A stretch of DNA of 50,022 bases, filler included, from Stramenopiles sp. TOSAG23-3 (lineage: Eukaryota): assembly GCA_900128585.1 (NCBI GenBank). It is 4 parts of 4 records of this genome, joined end to end, with 100 filler letters (N's around TTAATTAATTAA, not from the genome) between each part and the next. Parts side by side here need not be neighbours in the genome. Positions count along the whole stretch, not along the records: positions 1 to 22,888 come from LT642324.1; 3 more parts are not named here. The stretch is one strand, 5' to 3'. Numbering within the stretch: position 1 is the first letter of the stretch; the number at the start of each line of letters is the position of its first letter. Position numbers and translations under genes: made by a program. The notes beneath the pieces were generated by a model, which made no database searches, was not told where the DNA came from, and saw only the letters and a list, made by a program, of their open reading frames with translations. Below, one piece after another: positions 1 through 12,700 of this stretch.

Positions 1-2
1 CA

Positions 3-2312
3 GAAGACGAGGTTCTTGGCACTCCCCGATCAGTAACGAATGATGAAGCCCTTGAAGACGGTACTCTTGAAGTGGGCAACGAAAAACCCAACAATATGGA
101 AACGGACGAATTGCCGCCTCTACCTGTGCCTAGTGATACTGAGGCCGGCGAAGACGAGGAATCGTCGGTAGCATCGTCTTTATCTACTCAGTCGTACGAT
201 GAAAAATACTTCGACAAAGACTGGGGTATTTGGACGACACCTGAAGGAGACAGATATGAGGGTTATTTGGTGGACAACAATTTTGATCCAAAAGGGAAAG
301 ACGGCTCGGAAGGCATCAATGGCAGATTTTACATTCTTGACCACTATGGAGAAAGTTACGACGGTGACCTCGTCGATGGGATAAGAGAAGGGAAAGGGGT
401 ATACAGGTACGATGATGGCACATATTACGAAGGTGATTGGATCTCTGGAAAAAAACACGGGGTAGGAAAAATGGACATGGCCAGTGGGGAAGTTTACGAC
501 GGTTCTTGGAGAGACGATGTCATGAATGGCTACGGAGTTCACATGTTCCCAAACGGTGACGTTTTTGAAGGAAATTATAAGGATGGAAAATGGAATGGCT
601 ATGGTACGTTCGTAGGATCGAATGGAGCAATATACAACGGAGGGTACCTTGAAAACGAGAGGTGTGGTCTGGGAAGAATGGTCTATGTTGACGGGGGAAG
701 GTACGAAGGGGATTTCGAGAAGGATATACGCAGTGGTCACGGTGTATTTTACTTGCCACACAAAACCTCTGAAGAACCCGGGATGAGGATGCTGAAGGAC
801 GGAACGCCTACATGGTACCGCGACAGAAAAGAATTTCACGAAACATACACTGGGCCGTGGGTCGATGACAAGATGCACGGCACTGCGACGTACAAAGTTG
901 AACAGCCCGGCGGGTGGATTAAAATAATTGATGCGCTTTGGGTCCGAGGTATCAAAATGAAGACGTTATACACCCATCCTTACAAAGCAGCAACAGATTG
1001 GTTTTGTGACATGCTGAGGGACCCCTCATTGTACAGAGGCAGTTATGGAATGTCCGTTGTAGAGAAGTTTCCTCTTCTACCCGACGGGGTCGACAAAGAC
1101 GACAAAAGAATACCCGGTATTGTAAGAGGGCTGTTGAAAGCATGGCGTTCTTACAAATGGGAAATTCCATTAATTGGCAGAACACTTTTTCTGAAGTACG
1201 ATAAGGTCGTGGATACCATAAAGGATGAAGTAGAAGAATGTCGTGATATGTATCGCGAAGCGAGGGAGAAAATTGATGACATTAAAGAGGAATACAAAGA
1301 GCAGAAAGATTTGGTCGAAGAAGAAAAAGAAGCGTACGAACTGGCCACGGCACTGTACACAAAGTTAAAGCAAAGAATACAGACGTATTGGGACACCGAC
1401 GAAATTCAAGAAGACGATGAGTATGAGAAAGTAGTTGCTGACCTTTTTGAAATGACAGAGCCCGAAGATTTCCGAGAAATCAACCTACTAGTTGCCGCCC
1501 CCAACCCTGTGTTCGAAAAGATGATGAAAATCGTTTGCATAATATTTTATTGCGAGCCGGATTGGAACAACATAAGAATAATGTGCAGCGAAAGCGAAAG
1601 AGCTATTTTAATGGGGGACAAAACAGCGGTGACCAAAGGCCCTTTCAGAGTGAAGCTTTACAACGAAATTAGACATTTCGATGTTTACAAGTTAGCTGAG
1701 GACAAGGAACGGTTAGAACAGATTTCCGACATGGCATACGACCCCCTAATTCAGCCATCTAGCAGATTAATTCGTGGGGTAAGCCCGGCCGCGGTCCATG
1801 TGTACAACCTTATCAAACCAATATTGCACTACGCCTTGCAGGCAAGAAAATTATTGCCCTGGAAACGAGAATTAATGGTAGCCAAAGTCGACTATGAGGA
1901 TTGCAAAATGTCCTACGAAGACGAGCTGGAGACGTACAATGATCTTGAAGAGGATTTAAATAGTGCCAAAGAGGAGATGAAACAGAAGGGGCAAGAGTGG
2001 AGGGACAAATTCCATGAAGCGCAGAAGACAATTGTTATATACGAAAAAATAAAGCGCATGAGAAGCGGTAGAGATAAGTCACTGACGCTCGAAAATATGA
2101 AAGTCGTGACACCAGCAAGTACTGCAAGGTCTGGGTCTGACTCTTCTTCGAGCAGCGGTAGTAGTGGCAGCTCCTCGTCAGGCAGTAGTGATAGTAGTGA
2201 TAGTAGCGATAGCAGTGGGAGCGAAGAAGATGATGACGACGACGACGATGACGATAGCAACTCAGAGAATGAAGAAGATGACGATGATGAAGACAGCAGT
2301 AACGACAGCTGA
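3..2312 (+). CDS. MORN-repeat protein with C-terminal coiled coil / dynein stalk-MTBD-like domain and Ser/Asp-rich tail (probably 5'-truncated)
   Basis: Tandem 23-aa MORN repeats (YEGDWISGKKHGVGKMDMASGEVYDGSWRDDVMNGYGVHMFPNGDVFEGNYKDGKWNGYG), about 340-900. The frame is open from nt 3 (the first ATG is at 96), so the gene may start before the contig edge. Coiled coils flank a segment resembling the dynein MTBD (about 1420-1880). Confidence 0.85.
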   Translation, partial: EDEVLGTPRSVTNDEALEDGTLEVGNEKPNNMETDELPPLPVPSDTEAGEDEESSVASSLSTQSYDEKYFDKDWGIWTTPEGDRYEGYLVDNNFDPKGKDGSEGINGRFYILDHYGESYDGDLVDGIREGKGVYRYDDGTYYEGDWISGKKHGVGKMDMASGEVYDGSWRDDVMNGYGVHMFPNGDVFEGNYKDGKWNGYGTFVGSNGAIYNGGYLENERCGLGRMVYVDGGRYEGDFEKDIRSGHGVFYLPHKTSEEPGMRMLKDGTPTWYRDRKEFHETYTGPWVDDKMHGTATYKVEQPGGWIKIIDALWVRGIKMKTLYTHPYKAATDWFCDMLRDPSLYRGSYGMSVVEKFPLLPDGVDKDDKRIPGIVRGLLKAWRSYKWEIPLIGRTLFLKYDKVVDTIKDEVEECRDMYREAREKIDDIKEEYKEQKDLVEEEKEAYELATALYTKLKQRIQTYWDTDEIQEDDEYEKVVADLFEMTEPEDFREINLLVAAPNPVFEKMMKIVCIIFYCEPDWNNIRIMCSESERAILMGDKTAVTKGPFRVKLYNEIRHFDVYKLAEDKERLEQISDMAYDPLIQPSSRLIRGVSPAAVHVYNLIKPILHYALQARKLLPWKRELMVAKVDYEDCKMSYEDELETYNDLEEDLNSAKEEMKQKGQEWRDKFHEAQKTIVIYEKIKRMRSGRDKSLTLENMKVVTPASTARSGSDSSSSSGSSGSSSSGSSDSSDSSDSSGSEEDDDDDDDDDSNSENEEDDDDEDSSNDS
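2120..2309 (+). repeat. Low-complexity coding Ser/Asp/Glu tract
   Basis: AGT/AGC/GAT/GAC triplet runs encoding SSSSGSSDSSD...DDDDD at the C-terminus of the MORN protein. Confidence 0.8.
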
Positions 2313-3789
2313 GCAATAACCAAAAAATAATAATACGACTGTAAATCACAGTACCCTACCTATTTTTAACTATCAGTAATAAGGACACAGTGTTGAGACA
2401 TCCATTTTACAACAAGTACACGTACTGTGCACGTAGCACCCACACAGCGGTACCCTTTTTTTATAGGCAGTCGTCTATCATCAAGGACAAATAATTTTAC
2501 TACGCTGAAGAAATATTTTTGTTGTGAAAAGAGTACGAGTAGTTGTCGTTAATTGTAGTTGTGAGTTGTGAACTCAGCACTCAGCAATAACAACAACAGC
2601 CCTTCTCCCATTTTTTTTTTTCTTTCTATAGTCTTTAGGTGACTTAATGGGAAAGAAATAGTTTTTTCATTAGCCGATTCCTGTTGACTCAACTCTACTC
2701 TTTACTCAAATACTCAAACAGTGCGAATTTAACCGCACTTCATGCACCTCGAGACTATACCTTACCTATAATACCTCTCCAGCCTAACTGCACAGCATTC
2801 CCTTCCTTTTTTTAATCCGTTTTCGATTATTTTTTATTATTATTATACTATAGAAATAGTATAGGATCAGGTTCTCGGAATCGTGTGGTCAAGTTAAAAT
2901 GAGGAGAGAAGCGACCTGGCTGCGTTAAAAGGGAGGGGGAGGACAAGTAAACAAAATACAAACAAACAAGTAATCGACTGATGCAAAAAAGATAACATTG
3001 TCTTTATTTACTTGTCCAAATTCTCGATACTTTCTTTGATAAATATAATTTGTTTCTTCTTCGCTTTCTTTATCCCCCATTCTGTACCATTGTAATAACT
3101 CTGCTAAGAGGGACCTACAATAACAAGGCAACTTCGGGCTATCAAACTGATTGCTATGTGAACATTACACAGCACCTTCATGAAAAAACGAGGTGGAAAA
3201 ATTCTCAAGAGGGGGGTCTTCTTCGTCATAAAAGTGGGGGGCTTATCGTATTAGGTTTAGTAGTACTTCTATCAAGGCTGTGCCTATATTTTATAGTGAC
3301 AGAAATATTCATTCTTCTTACAACAATGATCGATTCGCTCAATGGTAGCGGTGTGCGTTTTTTGTAAACCTACAGGTATACAGCACTATATAGACACCGG
3401 AAATTTCATTCATTTATTTACTTTTTTCTAATTTTTTCTAATCTATTTTGGAAAAATGCGTTCTTATTTTTAGTGTTGCTTTTTTAATTTAAATATCTGT
3501 AGTCACAAGCTTTTTCTTCCGAGCTATATCTCAATTGTCTGTGAAGGCCAGTGGTCTTGTTGAACAAATTTATTGTTTCAAACGGAAACAATATCTAGAA
3601 AATCGGAGTAGGAAAGTATTGCATTTCAGTAAGAAGATATATTTGCGGTCAGTTTATACACACGAGATTAAAGTATAAAGCTTGGTCGTGCTCATATCTT
3701 TTTTAAGAGGATTGAATAATACTGCACGTGAGACAGTCTCAAACGATTACTTGTTCGGATTGACTAAACAGCATACACTGTAGGACAAT

Positions 3790-6700
3790 ATGGTGAAACG
3801 TGTCGTTTTGGTAGCGCTATGTGCATTAGTATGCCTTGTTAGCTTTGGTGAAGCTGTGCGGGAGAAAGCGGCGGTGAAGTCATTTCTGCGAAACCGCTTG
3901 AGAACTAGAGCCACTCTTGAACCGAGGATCTGCTGTCAGGCAATGACTGCATCCTGTAGAGCCTGTAGTGCGGGGCAAACTGTGGATGAATATTGTGAAG
4001 AGCACAGAGAGACGCCTGGGTGCGAACAGGCTGGAGGAAAGTCCTCTGTTTATGCTAGGGATAATTTCAAAGATGGGCAAAACAGGGAGCTTTGGAAAAC
4101 TGTGCGAGCAGGAGGTGTCGATACCGAAGGTTGTGGAACTGGAAAGCCTGCGATGAGGTTTAAGGCCTTGGACACCGATAACTTTAGTCCCCCATCCATT
4201 ACAACCAAACCAATTGATTTGTTTGGTGGAGGTGAGTTAGAGTTCAGCCTAAAATTTTGCAGTGGAGACACAGAGGGTGGAGAATTTGCGGAATCGAATG
4301 GTGTAGTGGTCGAGTACAGTCTTGACGGAAAAAAGTGGGAGAAGTTCCAAGTATTCCTGAAGAGCGCAGTTGGCGAATCATTGTCAAAAGGGTTCCAGAA
4401 AACCACCCTGAAGATGAACAAAAAACACCACTTGCGCGCTGTGTCGAGTCACACCTCGTTTAAATTTACACAGGTGAAGGCAGAGCGAGGAAATTGGGCC
4501 ATTACAGATGTTGTTATTCGCCAGTACCCAGTTGCAACAACTGCCGAAGACGACTTCAAAACGAAAAAACCGGGTGTCTGGTCGTATCCACCGGTGAAAA
4601 AAGGAAAGGACGCGTACAAGTACATTCTGAGCCCCCGTGGTGTTGAATTTACCGGCAGCGCCAACGCACAGCACACAATTGGGTTGCAACGCGCATTCAC
4701 GCACGCACTCACCGTCTCCGCATCAGTTGTCAAGAACGACAAATGCAGTAGCCACTTCATGGCTCTCTCCCGTCGCACCAACTTCGCATTTTCGTGGGGT
4801 AAATCGCCCGGAGAAATAAAAGTAGGTTTCAACTGCAACCAACGTTTTGTTTACTCTCCGTGGGGAAACAAAGTCGTAAAATGCCCATCAAGCCCTGGGC
4901 AGCGGATAGAATATAAACTGAAATTAGTCGTAGACCAATTCAATATAATATTCTCCGACGAAGAGAACAAATGCGAAACGATCACAATCGACAACTCCCC
5001 CTTTGTGGGTGGACACGGAAAGCCCCACTTCCTCTTCATAGGGGCAGACCAGGACAAGCCAAACATGGTTTCATTATTTAAGAACATCAAAGTGGAACAA
5101 TCGGAGTGGGATGCCAAAGGCAGAGACCTGCCATCCGTTTTGATTTCTGATAACTTTGAAAAGAAAAACAGCGACAACTGGCAAATCACCGGCTTGAGCC
5201 AAAAACTATACCGTTTCGGTCCTGACGGCCTAACTGCTGCACAGTATGGCGACATCAAGGGATCCAACGCACCGATGCGAAGCACAGAGGCATACAATTT
5301 GCCAATTGCTGTTCAAACTACTGTTAAGTCATTTAGCAAAAGCGCAAACTACTACATTGCGGTCTCTCCCAATGCCGAATTTCAGTGGAACGGTTACCCG
5401 GACAAGGAATCGTTGAAGTTCGAATGGAGTTGCGAGAGCAAAACGTTCATTGGAATGGGCGAAGTTAAAGAGGCGAAGGCTTCCAAAGGTGAATGTGACG
5501 CCACCAAATGCACGGACGATGCTTTGCACAAAATTGAAGTGAAGATCTTCCCCGACTTGATTTCGTTTAAGGACAACTGCTGCAACATGATTTCAATGCC
5601 CAACAAATGGGGCATGGAAGCCCCAGTTCACGTGTTCGTAGGCGCCACTCGCAGGGACAAGGCTGCAGCCGCAGCCAAGTTCGTGAAATTGACTGTCAAG
5701 GGCCAAGAACGCCCTCCCGCAATTGAAGACGAATCGATATTGATGGACGATAACTTTGATTTTAACGACGAGAAAAACCCAAGCATGTGGACGCTTTCAG
5801 GCGACTGGAAAACTACCGGCGTTGTGAGTAAAAAGTGCGGCGCGTCTGAGGGATCCGCCATGGTATTCTCAAACACTGGCACTCGTGTGGCCACGTTGAA
5901 ACCTCTTACATTTCCATTTGGCGCGAAACTTAATTTCGACTTGAAATTTGGAGGGGGGGCAATATCGTGTGCAAGAATGGACCCAGAGAAGGGGGATAAA
6001 GTTGAGTTGCGAGCTAGTACAGACGGAGGGAAAACCTGGGAGCACATTGAAGAATGGAAAGCCAGCGTTTTCAAAGAGAACCTTGGAGAATGGAACAAGA
6101 TGGAGTTTAATTTCGTCAAGTCCTTGTTCCCGAATCTTGCGAGGTCCACTAATGTTCTCCTTCAATTTATCCAACCCGGTTATCACCGTCCCTGCTGCGG
6201 TCATTGGGCAATCGATACGGTTCGCGTTACGTCACTAGAAGTGAAGGGTGAACCGATATTCACTGAAACATTTGAATCCAAAAATACGGCATTGTTCACC
6301 TACCCAGATAAATCAGCGAACAAACATGCGTACACGTACGGGTTCGAAGATGGTATGTACTTCACCGGAGATGCAAACGGAAAGACGACTGTCCGCACAA
6401 CCAAGCCTTTGCAGGCTGGAACCGTTATCAAAGCAAGTTTTGACAAAAACGAGGCCTGCTCCAATCAATTCATTGCCATTTCGAAACGACCGGAGTTAAA
6501 ATTCTTCTGGGGAACGCCAAAAGATGCCATTTATTTCATGTGGAACTGTAAACAGAAGTACGTATATGCACCAGACAACAGAACTTCAGTGGAATGCCCA
6601 CAACTTCGAAAGTTCAATGTAATCATTAGAGCCACGGAAGAAGGGGTTGTATTCGAAGACGATAAATGCGAGTCCATCATTATGAACACTAACTCGGAAA

Positions 6701-9700
6701 TAGGTCAAGGCGCTTACTATCTTCATGTGGGAGCTGCGCAAGACCGCTCCGATAACAAGGCGCGCTTCACATCACTGCGCGTAGAACGTTTGCCAGACAA
6801 AGAAAAGAGTTTCATGGATACCGCCGAAGCTGATAACTTCGAGAAACAAGACAAAAAGAAGTGGTCCTATCCTAACCTCAACGATATGAAAAAAATTGAA
6901 ACGGAAGCCAAAGCAGCGAAGCAGAAAGCAACCAAGGCCCTAGAGGAAACCGGCCTTCGTATGGAGGACATCTCGGAACAGATTACCACTGGCCTCGATG
7001 CAGTCGCCAAAGCACAACGACAACGCCGTGAAGTACTAGTCAAGCTAGAGGCAACTGACAAAGAATTTTCGTCGAAACAGAAAGAGCTCGAGTCCATTGC
7101 GGGTGAAATTGCAAAGTTTAACGATAAAATGAAGAAAACTAAATTATCCCTTGCTGGAAAGAAAGCCAAGTACCAGATTGACAAGGAAGAGGTCGCCAGC
7201 AAACGAGCCGAGGGCGCTAGCCCGACCCAAATTAAAGGCGCCGAAGAGGCGATGAAAGCTTCGGAGGAAGACATGCTGTACGAACAAAATACCCTAAAAA
7301 AATGGGTTAAACTGGTAAAGGACTTAACATTGAAAGCCGACAAGATCAAAGGGTCCATTAATTCCCCGATCCGACCAATTTTGGTCGAATCGGCCAAAAT
7401 TGAGAAACTGGAAAAAGAAGTACTAGAAGGAATTGCCAAACTTGGTGGTTTGAAAGACAAACGAAAGACTTTGTCTGCCCAAGCAGAGAAAGCAGAGAAA
7501 GAAGTCGAACGAGTACAAAAAGCCATAGCTGATGGTATATCAAAAGAAGAGGACATCTTCCCGGCCATGGCAGCAGCGAGGAAGGTTTCAGCAGAAGTAA
7601 AAGAAGCAACAACATGGGTAGTAAAAGCTGTCGCTAATCTGACCGATATCGAAACTAGCCTTAATGCAACCCAACGCAAAGTTTCGGATATGGCTATGGA
7701 TACATTGACGAAATTAAAGGGCCTAGAGAAGCGTGCAGAGCACAGGATGAAAGATGCGAACCACTTTCTGAAGATGAAAACGCGGTACAAGGATGCGTCT
7801 GATTATGAGCTGAAGAACGCCAGGATCTTGTTGATCAAGGCCAAAAAGGGAACTACTGAAGAAGCCGCCGATGCAGCAGCGAAAGTAAGCAAACTTGAAA
7901 CGGAGCTCGGGAAACGCGTCCAGGCCCAACGGGCAGCCCAAGAGAGCGCATTGAAGGCAACGGAAACCTTCCAAGGCGCCCAAAACAAAAGCTTGGCGTT
8001 TGAGGCCTTCCATTCCATGCATATCAATGCCTCCAAATCCCAGGAAGAACTTTCCGCGTCTGTGAGACAGGAACGTCTGGTTACGCAGCAATCGAAAGAA
8101 GCCCAAACTGCACTTGAAACGGCGACTGCCAGTTTGCACCACGCGATGGCAATGAAAAGCCAGATGACCTCAGGTGGCCTGGGTTTCGCAGTCGCATACG
8201 GGTCATTAACCATTGACCCAGGAATGGCCACTACCATCCGTATGAAAGAGATGGTAGAACAGCCCGCGACGATTAAAGTCACTGTGAAAAGGAAAGACGA
8301 ATGCGACAACCAGGTCGTTGTGTTGAGCCCGAGCCCAGTCTTCACGTGGCCCTTGAAAAGAAGCAGCAAGGCAATTGCATTCCGATTCGCTTGCAATGAA
8401 AAGATATCGGAAGGTAAAGGTACGGTTAAGATGATATCCGGTGCCAACACGTACCTCCCACTAGCAAAGAACAAGTGCAACCCGAAAGATCAAGTTGACA
8501 TGATTATTAAGTCGAGCGGGGGATACGTTACCTTCAAAGACAACGCCGGGTGCGATCCTTTGACAACCTCGTTGCCATTTGGTACCGACAAGTTCTTCGT
8601 GTTCATTGGAGCAATAAAACCGAAAAAGACATCAACGATTGTCAACTTTGAGTTGAAAAAGCCTGAACTTCCTCCAAAACTTGCACGTAACGTTATTTTG
8701 TACGACGATTTTGATTTCCATGACAATATCTGGAAACCCCAGTGGAACTTGGACAAGACTGACGGCGAAGACAACACGAATGGCGTCGTGGACAAATTTT
8801 GCGGATCAGCGATGAAACCAGACGGCAACTCGTTGCGGTTTGCAAAAGAAGGCAGACGCATTGCCACAACGAAAGTTATGGATTTGACTGCTGGAGGTCT
8901 ACTGACATATTCGTTACGATTTGGGTTCGGCAATAATACCCACAATGCGATGTGCGCTCCAATGGCTAACCTTGATGACTGCATAGTGCTGGAGTACTGC
9001 ACTCGGGACTGCGAAAAGGCACAGATTGCACCTGCAAAGACACCCGTCGCGACCCTTCTCGATTTGGGGGCGGTCCCGGTGGCGAAAATTGCACAAAAGG
9101 GCGAAAGAACAGTGAAGACGTTTGCCTCTTACCCGAACCGCGCGAACCTGGTTCGTTTCCCGGAGGAAGACACCTCAGTTAATGCACGACTGCCAGTGGT
9201 GTGCTGTAAAGGCGACACTAAATTCGACTCGTCAAATTACGGAGGATGCCACATGTCGAAATCTTACGACGAAGCAACCAAGATCTGCCACAAGGCCGGA
9301 GCGGACCTTTGCACACTCGATGAGATCAGGCAATACAGGGCGAAAGGGACTGGGATTGGATGCCCCGAATTCGACAGAAAACGTATCTGGAGTCGTTCAG
9401 GCGAGAAGATTGTTCAGGCCAAGAACCCATCTACTGAAGACGAATTCGATGTTCCACACAACAAGCCGAAGGCCTACGCAGGTGGGTGGGAAGAGTTGAA
9501 ACGATACTCCGTCAAGGAATACCAACACACGCTATCTCGTGAATGGTCTAAGCAGCAAATGCTGCTTGATTGGGACAACAAGTTCATGATGACCTCCAAC
9601 ACCGCGCTTCGATTCCGCCAATGCAATGTGGATAACGATGCTGCTGAAAACCACTGGGCACTGGATGACATCAAAATTGTCAGCCGCAACAAACCTGTCC

Positions 9701-12700
9701 GCCCTGGAAATCAACCAAAGAATATTTTGGTGAATGATAAATTCGATGGTGACGACAGCGACCGATTCAACATGCAACAGTGGTGGTGGGACATGTGGCG
9801 CACTACCGGGCGAACCGATTCGTCTCTGGTAGGTGGCTACAAAGACGTTGGTCAATCCTTGACTTTCGGCGGAAATATTTCCTTGAGGACTGATAACAGT
9901 GCGTGGCAAATTGCACAAACGCCACCAATCGACACTGTAAGTGATGGGGGTGTCACCTTCGCTTTTTACATGAAATTCGGTAGGAAAGACATGAATGTGA
10001 GCGAGCATATGCGCGGTGTTGAATTTCAATACAGCACAACTGGACCCGATGGTGAGTTCAAGATTTTGAAGTCTTGGACTGACGTCAAGAAATTCAGTGA
10101 CTGGTCGCGTCAACTAATTCAGATCGACAACTGCTCTACGCCAGCTGCCATGACAAACGGAACCATTTTCCGTTTTATAATGGCCCGGAATGAGGAAGTT
10201 GCAGCAAACCCCCGAAGAGATATCTGGGCGATCGATAACTTCCAGGCGTTGACTGGAGACAGACGCATTGGCTGGGAAACGCACGGGTTGAAGGCGAGAG
10301 ACGACATGTTGTTTTGTTACCAGGAACCTCGTCAAATCACGCCGTACAAGTACGAGTACGTTGAAGATGAAGCGGGGGGACTCGAATTTTCAGGAAACGG
10401 GGTAGGAAAAGGTTCCGTTCGTGCCCACTCCTCGTTCCAAAGTCCATTATCCGTTGCAGCAACATTGGTCAAAGATGATGAATGTTCCAACCACTACGTT
10501 GTCCTTACCCCGGAAAAATATTACACGTTTAGCTGGGATCGCGAACCAAATACGTTCAAGTTCGTTTGGCGTTGTGATCGCAAAGTGCTGATCACCCCTT
10601 ACAGCACGACGTCAACATCCTGCGCTGACTTCAGAACATACAAAACCCGTATGAAGGTCAGTCATGAAGGTGCCGAGTTCAGAGATGATGGCGGATGCGG
10701 TACGCTCCGTGCAGATATCGGAATGCCCCTGGATATGGACTTTTACGTTTATTTTGGAGCAGTTCAAAAAGGAGATGAAAGCCAGATGACGGACAGGGTT
10801 TTGATGGACAATGATCAACCTGCCATTAACGAAACGTGGCTCAACACTTCCAGTATGGATTACAACGAAACCGAACTTGCTGATGAAATGCAAACGAACG
10901 AAACAAACTCTCCCCACCTAGACATCGCGTTCTTAGAGCAAAAGCAATCCGTTCCCACTCTTACCACTTGCGCGAAAGCGTTGGAAAGAACTTGTGGAAA
11001 CGTACTTGGGCAGATGTGCTTAGAGTGCTACGTGAAAAATTCCAAGCGCATTATTGTGGATGCCGATGGACTTGTGTGTAACCTTCGCCAAGCTAAATCG
11101 ATTTGTGCAACGAATGCCCACTTGGACAAAGATATTGTTGTAGAAAATGAGAGATTGCCTGAGCTTTCAAAAAAGTCTGGAAAACCGGCGAGGTTTGTCT
11201 CCATGCGTATTGGGGGTACTGGGTCATTTATTAACAAGGTAGATGCTTCACATGCGTGCCCTTCGCTTCGCGATTGCGGTCTATCGTCCTGGGGACGATG
11301 GGGAAAGTGCGACAAGGTATGCGGAGATGGTACCTCTCGTGCGTTCAGAAAAGTAATTCGCCCTCCTAAATTCGGTGGTAACAAATGCCCCGAGGATAGC
11401 AAGCTCGTGCGAACTCGCTCGTGCAATGTTCGCAGCTGCGATTGCCATGTGAGCGAGTGGACAGACTTTTCGTGCTGTACACAACCATGTGCTGATCCTA
11501 AATATGACCCGCCGATCGCTGGGAAACAATTCAGAACCCGAAGGGTAATCCTACCCCCCCTCAAGGACGGCATGGCATGCCCAACGTTGAACCACACGCG
11601 AGAGTGCAACCAAGAGCGATGTGCCGCTGTTGGTATTCCCCCGCTTGGCCAAACCAAGAAGTTCCTCAATAACACCAAATTTGAACCATTTGTTGCTGCA
11701 AATTACGAGGAATTCTGTTTGCAAGAACCGGGAAAACTTGGTTCCTACAAGTATGATTACGTTGCCAAAACGGACCCGTCTGGGGAAAAATTTGGTGTCT
11801 TTTTTAGCGGGGACTCCCGAGGCCAATCGTCTTTGCGAGGAAAGAAGTCTTTCCGTGTAGACGACCTTGTTCTCGAGACGAAGATCGACAAAAATAGTCG
11901 TTGCGCCAACCACTGGATAGCCTTGTCCGCAGACGAGTTCTTCACCTGGAACTACGAGCAAGAGCCAAAAGCGATCAAAGCTGGATGGTATTGTGACTAC
12001 AAGTTTTTGATTACTCCGACAGGAAACTTCACGACAAAATGCAACCGAATTCGCAAGTACAATGTCAGTTTGACGATTAAGGACAACATTATTACGTTCG
12101 CGGACGACCAATGTGCTCCATTGAAAGGACGTTTGGATCTTAAGCGCGACTACCACAATGTTTACACGTATTTGGGTGCAGATCACATTGCAGGGAAGGA
12201 GAGCATTACATTAGCAAAGCCCCTAACCGTTGACCAAGTCAATGCCCTCGAGGAGCAGAGAGGCACAATGGGTCCAAAAGGGGGTTCCGACGACGGGTTG
12301 CAGAACCAGGCCATGTCGAAGCAAGAGTTGGAGGATTTAGAAAACAATGTCACTGCCGGTCATCTGAATGTTACCACTAACTCGTCCACGGATCCCACCC
12401 CACCGGAGTTGGACACGGCGCATCCACGAAAGAACATGCCGTTGGACAGGTTGATGACACGAAACATCCGCACTCAAGAAATCGAAAGTCATAAAACTGC
12501 AACTGCCAAGCAGTTCCGGGAGACGCGCCCGAGTGAAATAGTCCAAGGTGCTTCCGCATGGTTGATTGCCAACCCTGTCAAGGGTGAATTGACTTCCGAC
12601 TACTTGAAATACCGAGGCAGTGAAATTCAATTGTACCGGTTCAATGGAATCGCGAATAAGTGGGAGAAAACCAGCAATCCTCTTCCCTTGAACTGCAGGG

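Noticed and set aside
3-2312. Interpreting the first gene as a dynein heavy chain fragment or a PIP5K
   Set aside because: No AAA/Walker motifs around the stalk-like part and no PIP kinase domain. The ORF ends in an acidic tail.
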